From Patescibacteria group bacterium (GTDB lineage Bacteria; Patescibacteriota; Minisyncoccia; UBA6257; Colwellbacteraceae): a stretch of DNA of 64,000 bases. The stretch lies in NCBI GenBank assembly GCA_022705565.1, contig JAKJEF010000001.1, positions 11,748-75,747 on the forward strand, in the 5' to 3' direction. The notes under the pieces were generated by a model. That model was not told where the DNA came from. It made no database searches and was given only the letters and a program-made list of their open reading frames with translations. A program made the position numbers and the translations under genes. Position 1 is the stretch's first letter; every line of letters begins with the position of its first letter. Of the stretch, positions 1 through 7,792 are shown one piece after another.

Positions 1-795
1 GGACTAAAAAAGCTTATTGCTACCAGTTTTTCCGGTTCGCCGATTACCGGTAAACAACTATCAATTCTTGAAATGGAGGGCCTTAAAAACGAGAAAAAGA
101 AGGAGCCGTTAAAAATCGAAATAACCGAAGTGTTGGATAGCGATAAAGACGGCGCGATAAACATTGATGATGTAAAGGAATTATTAAAACGCTGCAAGAA
201 GACCGTTACGCCCCTTAAAGGCGGTGGAGATTTTCGTAGTGAAGAATGTATAGGACTTCTTAAACAAGCCGATATTATTTGTACTAATCCGCCTTTTTCT
301 CTTTTTCGTGAATATGTCGCGCAACTTGTAGAATACAAGAAAAAGTTCCTTATTATCGGCAATGACAACGCTGTAAAATATAAAGAAATATTTCCTCTTA
401 TCGTGGAAAATAGAATTTGGCGCGGTTATACAAGAATCAAAGAGTTTAGAAGACCTAACGGTAGCTTACAAAAGTTTGGTAATGTCGGTTGGTTCACGAA
501 TCTTGATATGGCAAAACGTCACGAAAAAATCACTCTTTACAAAAAATATATAAGAAAAGAATATCCAGAATATGATAATTATGATGCGGTCGAGGTATCA
601 AAGATTTCTGAGATTCCAATGGATTATGATGGCGTGATGGGCGTTCCGATTACATTTATAGATAAATATAACCCAGATCAGTTTGAAATTATTGGTATAT
701 CAAATGGGAATAATCGTGATAAGTATGCAATAGGTAAAATGGTGACCGTAAATAATAAGTCAACCTACGCACGAATTTTAATTAAAAAGAGATAA
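1..795 (+). CDS. N6-adenine DNA methyltransferase, EcoRI-methylase-like; 5' end truncated by window edge
   Basis: Frame 1 is open from nt 1 with no stop before ORF 73..795, so the gene begins upstream of the window. It has motif IV IICTNPPF (NPPF) typical of amino-methyltransferases. Overall it looks like the M.EcoRI family. Confidence 0.6.
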   Translation, partial: GLKKLIATSFSGSPITGKQLSILEMEGLKNEKKKEPLKIEITEVLDSDKDGAINIDDVKELLKRCKKTVTPLKGGGDFRSEECIGLLKQADIICTNPPFSLFREYVAQLVEYKKKFLIIGNDNAVKYKEIFPLIVENRIWRGYTRIKEFRRPNGSLQKFGNVGWFTNLDMAKRHEKITLYKKYIRKEYPEYDNYDAVEVSKISEIPMDYDGVMGVPITFIDKYNPDQFEIIGISNGNNRDKYAIGKMVTVNNKSTYARILIKKR

Positions 796-804
796 TTTTT
801 TAAT

Positions 805-1143
805 ATGGAGTTTCTAAAAAACTTAAAATTAAATAATTGGTGGAGTCTATTAGTATACATTGGATTCTTTGGAATAATTGGCTCGCTTTTTATTAAAACC
901 GATTTTGTAGACTCTAAAAATATTTTTGGAGTTTCTCTGGGCTTTTTATTTATCGGATTATCAACGTTATCTGCGATAAAAACTGCTATTAAATTTAAAG
1001 AAGCGAACGCATATACTGGCGGACCAGCAATACTTTGTTGGCCGATAATAAAACACAATTTCTTTTCGGGATTAATAACTTTAATCGGAGCGACATTAGC
1101 TGTTATTTTTGGAACAAGAACAATTGTTAGTTTATTTTGGTAA
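805..1143 (+). CDS. small integral membrane protein (3 predicted TM helices), unknown function
   Basis: 112-aa ORF, co-oriented with the upstream gene after a 9-nt gap. Hydrophobic segments WWSLLVYIGFFGIIGSLFI, IFGVSLGFLFIGLSTLSAI and GLITLIGATLAVIFG. The antisense ORF 765..1148 is judged spurious. Confidence 0.45.
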   Translation: MEFLKNLKLNNWWSLLVYIGFFGIIGSLFIKTDFVDSKNIFGVSLGFLFIGLSTLSAIKTAIKFKEANAYTGGPAILCWPIIKHNFFSGLITLIGATLAVIFGTRTIVSLFW

Positions 1144-1149
1144 AACAAT

Positions 1150-2241
1150 ATGGAAATTAAATTACATCAAATTCCTATACGCGAGGTAATAGCCGGTTAT
1201 AAGGATAGTCAAGAAGAAGGCGTGACAGCCTATAACGATAAATTAGATATCCGGCCGAAATACCAGCGTGAGTTTGTATATAAAGAAAAGCAACGCAATG
1301 CGGTGATAGAAACAGTCAAACAAGACTTTCCACTGAACGTGATGTATTGGATGATCCGTGAAGACGGCGGCTATGAAGTTCTGGACGGCCAGCAGCGTAC
1401 TATTAGTATCGGCCAATATGTTAACGGTGACTTTTCACTAAACGAAAGGTATTTCCATAACTTAACAAAAGAAGAGCAAGATCAGATTCTGGATTACAAG
1501 TTAATGATTTATTTCTGCGAGGGTACGGATAAAGAGAGGCTGGACTGGTTTAAAATCATTAATACCGTCGGTGAACAATTGACTGAGCAGGAAATCAGGA
1601 ATGCGGTTTATACCGGACCGTGGCTCTCGGACGCTAAATTAAAGTTCTCCAAATCAAATTGTGTGGCGTATTTACTTGCAAACGATGGCGGAAAACTACT
1701 TGAGGGTTCGCCGATTCGACAGGAATATTTAGAAACCGCACTTTCTTGGATTAATAACGGAAAAATCGAAGATTATATGGCTCGTCATCAGCATGATAAA
1801 AATGCCAACGAATTGTGGGAGTATTTCCAAAACGTGATTGAATGGACGCGAAAAACTTTTCCGAATTACCGTCGCGAAATGAGCGGAGTTAATTGGGGTG
1901 ATTTATACAACGAATTTAAGGATAAGAAATTTGACACCAAAAAATTAGAAAAAGAAATAGCCGAGCTTATGGAAGATGAAGATGTTACTAAAAAGTCCGG
2001 TGTTTATCCGTATATTTTAACGAGGAAAGAAAAATATCTTTCAATTCGCACTTTTACCGATAAACAAAAAAGGGAAGCATATGAAAGACAAAATGGTATC
2101 TGTCCGATATGCAGTAAACATTTCGGAATCGAAGAAATGGAAGCCGATCATATCACGCCTTGGAGTAAAGGTGGAAAAACAATCTCAGAGAACTGCCGAA
2201 TGCTCTGCCAGAAAGACAATAGAGAAAAGAGTAATATATAG
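1150..2241 (+). CDS. DUF262 (ParB/Srx-like, GmrSD N-domain) + C-terminal HNH endonuclease
   Basis: N-terminal half carries the DGQQR motif and surrounding pattern of DUF262. C-terminus has CPICSKHF...ADHITPWSKGG...ENCRMLCQKDN, a canonical HNH (His-Me finger) with flanking Cys pairs. Only a 6-nt gap from the upstream TM gene. Confidence 0.75.
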   Translation: MEIKLHQIPIREVIAGYKDSQEEGVTAYNDKLDIRPKYQREFVYKEKQRNAVIETVKQDFPLNVMYWMIREDGGYEVLDGQQRTISIGQYVNGDFSLNERYFHNLTKEEQDQILDYKLMIYFCEGTDKERLDWFKIINTVGEQLTEQEIRNAVYTGPWLSDAKLKFSKSNCVAYLLANDGGKLLEGSPIRQEYLETALSWINNGKIEDYMARHQHDKNANELWEYFQNVIEWTRKTFPNYRREMSGVNWGDLYNEFKDKKFDTKKLEKEIAELMEDEDVTKKSGVYPYILTRKEKYLSIRTFTDKQKREAYERQNGICPICSKHFGIEEMEADHITPWSKGGKTISENCRMLCQKDNREKSNI

Positions 2242-2329
2242 TTTTTAAATTATCCAGTCTAAAATCATCTATCTAGACTGTTGAAGGGCTATTCGGGGTC
2301 GGTTTTGAAATCTGGCTGGCTCGTCTCGG

Positions 2330-2692
2330 TTAGGATTTATGTTTATTATGATCAGATAGTGGCTCGTGTTCTTCGTGTATTATTTCTCCTGTCTGATTAT
2401 CTTTAACTACTTGGTCGTATTTGTTGTTTTCTCGGTCGATTGTTTGTTCTATACTAACGCCTTTAGATAGCTTTTTATCTCCACTCGACTTATATCCAGA
2501 GAATATCTCTTTAACAAATCTTTTAAATCCGGGTCGTTTTTGTTTAATACCTAATGATGTCTGAGTTTTAATAATTGCACGAATTTCTAATTTAATAAAA
2601 TTCGGTGTTTCTTGCTGACAGTTGTCACAAAACTTAGTTTTTTTTACCGATTTACAATTTGCACAGAGCAGTTTTTTATTAAACTCTTCCAT
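2330..2692 (-). CDS. hypothetical zinc-ribbon protein
   Basis: 120-aa ORF with CANCKSVKKTKFCDNCQ (C-x2-C...C-x2-C). The remainder is K/E-rich. Lies in the low-GC block. Confidence 0.4.
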   Translation of the reverse strand: MEEFNKKLLCANCKSVKKTKFCDNCQQETPNFIKLEIRAIIKTQTSLGIKQKRPGFKRFVKEIFSGYKSSGDKKLSKGVSIEQTIDRENNKYDQVVKDNQTGEIIHEEHEPLSDHNKHKS

Positions 2693-2699
2693 TGTATTT

Positions 2700-3269
2700 T
2701 TAAAAGAAAAACTCTTTTCCGATTTGCCATAAATAACGATCTAAATCTTTAGCGTTGAATTCGGTAAGTCCATAGAACTCCTTAAATTTGTTTAATATTT
2801 CGACAAATTTTTCATATTCTTTAATGTCTTTTCTTCTAAATTCATAAAAATCATCTCGCCTGCGGAAGTGCCAAAGCACTTTTTCTATAAAAGAATCATA
2901 GATCGGATAGCGTTCCGGGTAGTGAAAACTACAATACTTTGACGCAAAGGAATAAAATTTCTTATCTCCTCTTGGAGTTTTAACCTTCGCAATCTTATCA
3001 ATAATCCTATAATCACCACGTCTTAGATCTTCGTCGATGTTAAGCTTTAAAATATGTCTTGCAACCATGAACGGATAATAGAGGTTTGTGCTGTAAGCTT
3101 GATTCAAAAAATCAACTTTTATAAGAATATGTTCTATTTTTGTATTCTTGGGATAGGTCTTTTCAAAGAGGAGTCTCAGCGCTTTATCTTGAATAACAAA
3201 GTATTCTGAACGATCCCATTTCGCAAGATAATTCTTTACTATTTGAGATGTGGGCGTGGGTATAGGCAC
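2700..3269 (-). CDS. hypothetical protein (start uncertain)
   Basis: The ORF-track start at 3362 would overlap tRNA-Gln (3328..3401), so I chose an in-frame GTG at 3269, just downstream of a TATAAT-like box. AT-rich. I recognise no domain. Confidence 0.4.
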   Translation of the reverse strand: MPIPTPTSQIVKNYLAKWDRSEYFVIQDKALRLLFEKTYPKNTKIEHILIKVDFLNQAYSTNLYYPFMVARHILKLNIDEDLRRGDYRIIDKIAKVKTPRGDKKFYSFASKYCSFHYPERYPIYDSFIEKVLWHFRRRDDFYEFRRKDIKEYEKFVEILNKFKEFYGLTEFNAKDLDRYLWQIGKEFFF

Positions 3270-3327
3270 AGCTCGATTATAGCATTTTAAGACAACCCGC
3301 CTCGGTCGCGAGAAACTGCGCTCAAAG

Positions 3328-3401
3328 TGGCTGCCGGACCTGGATTCGAACCAAGATACCATGCTCCAGAGGCATGTGTCCTACCATTAGACGATCCGGC
3401 A
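3328..3401 (-). tRNA. tRNA-Gln (anticodon CUG)
   Basis: Reverse complement folds as a cloverleaf. Acceptor stem UGCCGGA/UCCGGCA with U1-A72, G73 and an encoded CCA. D-loop AATGGTA. Anticodon stem CATGC/GCATG with loop CUCUGGA (CUG). T-arm CTTGG-TTCGAAT-CCAGG. Confidence 0.8.
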
Positions 3402-3638
3402 ATACGGATAGATTATAGGCGGAAAATCGATAAAAATAAAGAGGCTTGCCTTTACATGAAGACTGCTTTATAAGTAGATTATTAGGTCCTTTTTGGAGGG
3501 GATACGAAGTGAGAGAAATCCGAACGACGGATATCATGAGGGGGGGCGCCGCAAGATCCCATTACCGTACGTCTTGACGACAAAGACGTAATCGAGCTCG
3601 AATGCCATCACCGTTACAATAACGCGGGCCCAAGCCGG

Positions 3639-3875
3639 GTGATCATCGCAAGCAAAATCGAGATCAAAAACTCCGACGGGTCCTGGAGCCCTTACCCGAG
3701 CGTTACCTGGTTGGACGGAGTAGAAAGCGATGACCAGCTTCAGACAAGAGCGGTTATCCTGTCGCCTTCTGGAAAGGGTTTCGATGTTGTGGAGGGTCTG
3801 CAAGGCGTTCCGGACGGAACTTTGATGTCGGCCGCCGAAAAGGCGGGAGTTCACACCGAATTCATCGACGGATGA
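3639..3875 (+). CDS. small hypothetical protein (78 aa) in a GC-rich islet; could instead be noncoding
   Basis: GTG-initiated ORF with no obvious SD, followed by a strong intrinsic terminator. Local GC is clearly higher than the flanks. The overlapping minus-strand ORF 3534..3920 reads through the terminator and is less plausible. Confidence 0.25.
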   Translation: MIIASKIEIKNSDGSWSPYPSVTWLDGVESDDQLQTRAVILSPSGKGFDVVEGLQGVPDGTLMSAAEKAGVHTEFIDG

Positions 3876-3887
3876 TAAGGTGTAGTC

Positions 3888-3916
3888 AAGCCTGCTCTTC
3901 GGAGTAGGCTTTTTTG
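3888..3916 (+). terminator. rho-independent terminator (UUCG tetraloop hairpin + U tract)
   Basis: AAGCCTGCTC-TTCG-GAGTAGGCTT followed by TTTTT. Confidence 0.55.
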
Positions 3917-3981
3917 ACATTTGGCTTGAAATATGGTCTTATTATAATAAGATCATTAAGAATTGGAGGGAAAGTAGTAAT

Positions 3982-4566
3982 ATGGCTGACGAAGTTTATA
4001 GGCTTTCCGGTTTCTTTATCCCATTCCGGTATCTGCGGAAAGCTCTACTGTGCTGGCTCGATATAAGAGCCAGTTTCAGCGATGTGGCTCGCAAAGAACA
4101 TTGGCTAGACTGGCTGAAGCGTAAGCTTCACCAGTGGTTCATGGTTCAGAAAGTCTTGGAAATGCTAGATGCGGAAGGGAAGTGTGATCCCTTCGCGGTC
4201 AGTGCCGACTTCGACCTCGGGATCACTTTGGAGGAATGCGATAATGTAGTGGTTTTTATCGCTCCCCATTGTTGCGAAAGAATCATCCTGGAGGTTGCTA
4301 GTAAGCTGGACCTCATCTTGACGGTTGACTCTTTCTCCAAAACTTTGGAGAAGGGGACTTCTTTGATGCAGTTATACGAGAACGCCGACTGCGTTCTCGG
4401 CACCGTCGTTGATAGATCTCTGGGCACTTGTACTTGCCAAAGGCTCGCCGGTTTCGATGGAGAGCCGTGGATATTCAGGATCGAAGGTGATCGAGTCTAT
4501 CTTTCCGGTTCTCCGATCGCTAAGACGGCGTTGCAGAACATTTGTCTTGGTCTTTTCTCTTTGTAA
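3982..4566 (+). CDS. hypothetical protein (194 aa)
   Basis: Good SD (GGAGGG 8 nt upstream of ATG) and a terminator downstream. I recognise no family. Confidence 0.6.
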   Translation: MADEVYRLSGFFIPFRYLRKALLCWLDIRASFSDVARKEHWLDWLKRKLHQWFMVQKVLEMLDAEGKCDPFAVSADFDLGITLEECDNVVVFIAPHCCERIILEVASKLDLILTVDSFSKTLEKGTSLMQLYENADCVLGTVVDRSLGTCTCQRLAGFDGEPWIFRIEGDRVYLSGSPIAKTALQNICLGLFSL

Positions 4567-4574
4567 CATAAATT

Positions 4575-4609
4575 GAGGCTTCGCTTTTGGCGGAGCCTCT
4601 TCTGTTTTA
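4575..4609 (+). terminator. hairpin terminator between convergent genes
   Basis: GAGGCTTCGC-TTTTGG-CGGAGCCTC followed by TTCTGTTTT. A-rich on the other side, so it may act in both directions. Confidence 0.5.
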
Positions 4610-4644
4610 TAACCCTACTTTTTTTCCACTCGATCGCGGTAGTT

Positions 4645-5502
4645 TCAGAAGATATCCGTCGCTTTGGGTTTTTCTCCTTCGATCTGGATGATTTCGAGTT
4701 TCAATTTGCCGGTTTCATTGATTTTCGATTTCAAAAGTTTGACGCGTTTTCCGTTCAATATCGTCCAAGCTCCGGGTTCCGGATAAAAAGCCCGGATTTT
4801 ATTATGAATCTTTTTCGCCAACTCCGTATTTCCGGATTTGGCCGAAATTAAATCCTTTTCTTCGATAAAAGCCGATTCTGTTTTAAACTTTTCCGTGAAA
4901 GTCGCTTTGGTTTCGTCTTGGATTTCGGGGGTGATTTTTCCGTCAATAATGTCCGGCAATATTTCGACAAGCATTTTCGAAGAAAGCTCGGCCAGCTTTT
5001 CGGTTAAGGTTTCGCTGTTGTCGTCCGGATCGATCGGAATGGTTTTTTGCCGGAGAACCGGACCGTGATCCATCAAAGCGTCGATCAGGAAAAGCGATAC
5101 CCCGGTTCGGGTTTTGCCCTCTAGAATCGCGCTTTGAATGGGAGAGGCGCCACGAAGCTCCGGAAGTAAGGAGGGGTGAACGCCGACAACGCCCAAGCGG
5201 GGAATATCGATCAATTCTTGGGGCAGGATTTTGGCGTAAGCCGCAACAAGGTAAAAATCCGCCGGAATGGATTTAAGTGTTTCCAAGAACTCTGGTGTGA
5301 TCTTTTCTGGCTGGAGAATTTTAATGTTTTTTCCGGAATCGAGGACGATTTGCTTGGCCGGCGGGGGAGTGATCACGCGCTTCCGGCCAATCGGCTTGTC
5401 TAGACTCGCCACCACCGCTTTGGGAACAAAGCCGGCTTTGACGAGGTTTTTTAGGATAATGGCCGCGAATTCCGGCGTACCGAAGAAAACGAAATTATTC
5501 AT
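4645..5502 (-). CDS. fmt: methionyl-tRNA formyltransferase
   Basis: N-terminus MNNFVFFGTPEFAAIIL (the G-T-P-E-F-A signature) and formyltransferase core HPSLLP. I set the start at the internal ATG (5502) because the ORF-track N-terminal extension would overlap the upstream gene. Confidence 0.9.
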   Translation of the reverse strand: MNNFVFFGTPEFAAIILKNLVKAGFVPKAVVASLDKPIGRKRVITPPPAKQIVLDSGKNIKILQPEKITPEFLETLKSIPADFYLVAAYAKILPQELIDIPRLGVVGVHPSLLPELRGASPIQSAILEGKTRTGVSLFLIDALMDHGPVLRQKTIPIDPDDNSETLTEKLAELSSKMLVEILPDIIDGKITPEIQDETKATFTEKFKTESAFIEEKDLISAKSGNTELAKKIHNKIRAFYPEPGAWTILNGKRVKLLKSKINETGKLKLEIIQIEGEKPKATDIF

Positions 5503-5524
5503 TAAGAAAGAATCGGAAAAATCG

Positions 5525-7732
5525 TCATTCGGATTTCTTGAAGATATTGACGATACTTCCCATAAATTTATCGAGTTTTTCCAAATAGCTTCCTTCCGGC
5601 GGCCCTTCTTCGCGTATGCCGGTACCGAAGACTCTAACAATAGTTTCTTTAATGTCGGAATCGAGGAAACAGGAAGGATCGGGATTCGGAGCATCGTCTC
5701 TATTCCTGCATATCAGGGAATAAGTAGTGGTTCTTTGGGGAGCCACTCTTTCCGAGCTTCGAGAAGATAGGGGATTGTTTCCGGTTCTAGAAGAAGCATC
5801 ACCGGAGACAATGCCCATATTGCAGGAAATAGCGGTAGCAGAGCCTAGATATGGAGCCGAAGAATCCCAGTTAAGGGTAGAATACTTCCTGATCATTATA
5901 TCTTCGGAAGAATAGAGAATTTCCGTAGGAAGGGCGGTAAAGGTGACTTCCGGTTTTCCGACAACTCGGATTTGGGTTTTTCTCGCGCGGGAAGCGGAAC
6001 GGTCGTAGCAGTCGCGATCTTGTCCGATGACATCTCTTTTGCAGTTTTGTCCGTTCGGATCGCAATCGTAAGGTTCTCCGTAAATATCGGTATAAGTGCA
6101 GCATTCGTAATCGAGTTCGCATTGCATTCCGTATTCGGTGGTTCTTCCGGGATTGACGATGTCTTCTCCTCTGGAAGAAGTCTTCGCGGTCCAGTTTCCA
6201 CAAAGAGAATGGCAGGTGATTTCTTCGTTTTCTTTTCTTTCTCCCGAACCGCAGCTTGTGCTCGAAGAAGCTCTCCAAGTGACGGTCGCCTGGTTATCCG
6301 TCGCGGTAACGCATTGGTTCTCGTTGTCTTCGACCGTCAAAGTCAGTCCGGAACCGGTATCGGGCGGAAGAGTGCAGGTTGAGGACCCGGGACGACAGGA
6401 AGGTAAACAAGGACCCAAATCAGCATAACAAGTTCCGTATTTGGCCTTACATTGTTCTTCCGATTCGAATCTCGTGCTCAAGCAACTGTAAATCGGATCG
6501 CAGCGATAGAACTGCGTCAGGCTGCCTTCACATTCTTCTCTCGTTGAATAACATTTCTCGAAAGTTTCTTCGCATTCGTCTTTGTTTACAAAGGAGCCGG
6601 CGGGAACGCAAGAGCCAATATCCGGATTGAAGCGCCAGAACTCGTTTCCGAAAAACTTTCCCGAAGAACAATCCTCGTATTTTTTATCTTTCGGTCCGAA
6701 ACACTCGAATCCAGTTCCGTTTGCGCACTCCAGAGAGCTTGTGTATTTTCCTTTCTGGGGAACAAGGGTTTTATCTTCACAGGTATAGATATCTCTACAA
6801 AGATAAGAACATTCTTCTTTGGTTAAGCCGGCCCACAGGGTTTTATTGTTCACATAAATGCTCGCGAGATTGGGGTCGATACCAAAGTCGCTAAGAGTGC
6901 TGTATTTGCAGTTTTGCGACACATCACAGAAGAAAGGAATAGGATCGGGCGGAGGAGTCGGTTTACAGATACTCGCGCATTCTTCCGGATTAATAACAGC
7001 TCCTTTTTTCCATTCGCTGTGACTTCCGGCCGGGCAGACTCCTTCGGGAGGCGGGTAATTATCATTGGTTTCTCCGTGATAAGGAACCGAAGAGACAGGT
7101 TCCGTTGTGTGGTTGTCACAGCAGCATTTGTAGAAATTACCTGAACCTCCGGTGCAGGATCCGGCCCAAAGACCTTGGTTATCTGCTAAACATTGGTTGG
7201 AAGAACCTTGATCGGTGCACTTGTCGGCAGTGGAGTAAAGACGAGAGGTAATGCGGTAAAGATAAGATCGAATAAATCCCCATGGAGACCTATCAACACA
7301 TTCTTCAATTTGATATTTACTCCACGGAGAAAGCTTATTAGTTGTAGCTAAAGATAAACCCTGTAAAGTTTTTGCCGCTTGACCGCAAGAAATTCCCGGA
7401 CAGCCGTTAGTACTATTGACGCTATACGAAGTAGAACAAGTATTGTATGGATGGCAACCTTCTTGTCCTCCGGAATCTTGCCATAATTTCCATTGTCTTT
7501 GATACCATATTTCTTCTTCCAATGAATCCAATACGTTGCTATCCGATGGAATATATGTTTCCGGAACCTCGTCATAAGAAACACACTCGTCGCCTCGGCA
7601 CAGTCTCCCGTTTATGCATTGAAAATAACTATCTGGAGGGAAGTCTCCTTCCAAACATTGTTCTTGGGCGAAAACCAAATTAAAAGAGAAGGCACCAATA
7701 AGGAAAATTGTTAAAAAGACGAGCTTTTTCAT
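5525..7732 (-). CDS. large secreted cysteine-rich protein (735 aa, signal peptide, about 50 Cys, two Ig-like modules); family not recognised
   Basis: Signal peptide MKKLVFLTIFLIGAFSFNLVFA-QEQC. Cysteines throughout (KCCC, YECC etc). Modules QATVTWRASSSTSCGSG...RTTEYGMQC and STLNWDSS...AISC...RTTTYSLICRN. Paralog at 45009..47258. Confidence 0.85.
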   Translation of the reverse strand: MKKLVFLTIFLIGAFSFNLVFAQEQCLEGDFPPDSYFQCINGRLCRGDECVSYDEVPETYIPSDSNVLDSLEEEIWYQRQWKLWQDSGGQEGCHPYNTCSTSYSVNSTNGCPGISCGQAAKTLQGLSLATTNKLSPWSKYQIEECVDRSPWGFIRSYLYRITSRLYSTADKCTDQGSSNQCLADNQGLWAGSCTGGSGNFYKCCCDNHTTEPVSSVPYHGETNDNYPPPEGVCPAGSHSEWKKGAVINPEECASICKPTPPPDPIPFFCDVSQNCKYSTLSDFGIDPNLASIYVNNKTLWAGLTKEECSYLCRDIYTCEDKTLVPQKGKYTSSLECANGTGFECFGPKDKKYEDCSSGKFFGNEFWRFNPDIGSCVPAGSFVNKDECEETFEKCYSTREECEGSLTQFYRCDPIYSCLSTRFESEEQCKAKYGTCYADLGPCLPSCRPGSSTCTLPPDTGSGLTLTVEDNENQCVTATDNQATVTWRASSSTSCGSGERKENEEITCHSLCGNWTAKTSSRGEDIVNPGRTTEYGMQCELDYECCTYTDIYGEPYDCDPNGQNCKRDVIGQDRDCYDRSASRARKTQIRVVGKPEVTFTALPTEILYSSEDIMIRKYSTLNWDSSAPYLGSATAISCNMGIVSGDASSRTGNNPLSSRSSERVAPQRTTTYSLICRNRDDAPNPDPSCFLDSDIKETIVRVFGTGIREEGPPEGSYLEKLDKFMGSIVNIFKKSE
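7400..7732. repeat. dispersed repeat: 5' coding region of the Cys-rich gene, paralogous to about 46930..47258
   Basis: By-eye alignment of 7561..7660 with 47081..47180 gives roughly 75% nucleotide identity. The encoded N-termini are nearly identical. Confidence 0.55.
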
Positions 7733-7739
7733 TGAAATA

Positions 7740-7745
7740 AGTATA
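7740..7745 (-). promoter_or_regulatory. putative -10 box (TATACT) 7 nt upstream of the Cys-rich gene ATG; leaderless-type start
   Basis: Minus-strand sequence TATACT-TATTTCA-ATG. The identical arrangement (TATAAT-TATTTCA-ATG) precedes the paralog at 47258. No SD is present. Confidence 0.35.
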
Positions 7746-7792
7746 GCATTTTTAAATAAAAAGACCCCCGCTTTTTAGAAAAAAAGCAAGGG

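Noticed and set aside
765-1148. 127-aa minus-strand ORF
   Set aside because: It is antisense to the co-oriented 3-TM ORF (805..1143) that sits in operon spacing between the methyltransferase and the nuclease, and it has no recognisable features.
2256-2282. 7-bp inverted repeat CAGTCTA...TAGACTG between convergent genes
   Set aside because: There is no U-tract on either side and the loop is 12 nt, so it is a possible but unconvincing terminator.
3322-3537. 71-aa ORF
   Set aside because: It lies almost entirely within tRNA-Gln (3328..3401) and its flank.
3530-3920. tmRNA (ssrA) hypothesis for the GC-rich islet next to tRNA-Gln
   Set aside because: There is no second T-arm (GGTTCGA.TCC) or CCA-terminated acceptor, and no frame encodes a tag ending in ALAA. 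SRP RNA and RNase P motifs are also absent.
5871-6428. R/H-rich and other small ORFs on both strands inside the Cys-rich gene (e.g. 5871..6278, 5896..6201, 5972..6382, 6138..6428)
   Set aside because: They are embedded in a long ORF with signal peptide and paralog support, and their compositions (poly-R/H/S) are typical of out-of-frame translation.
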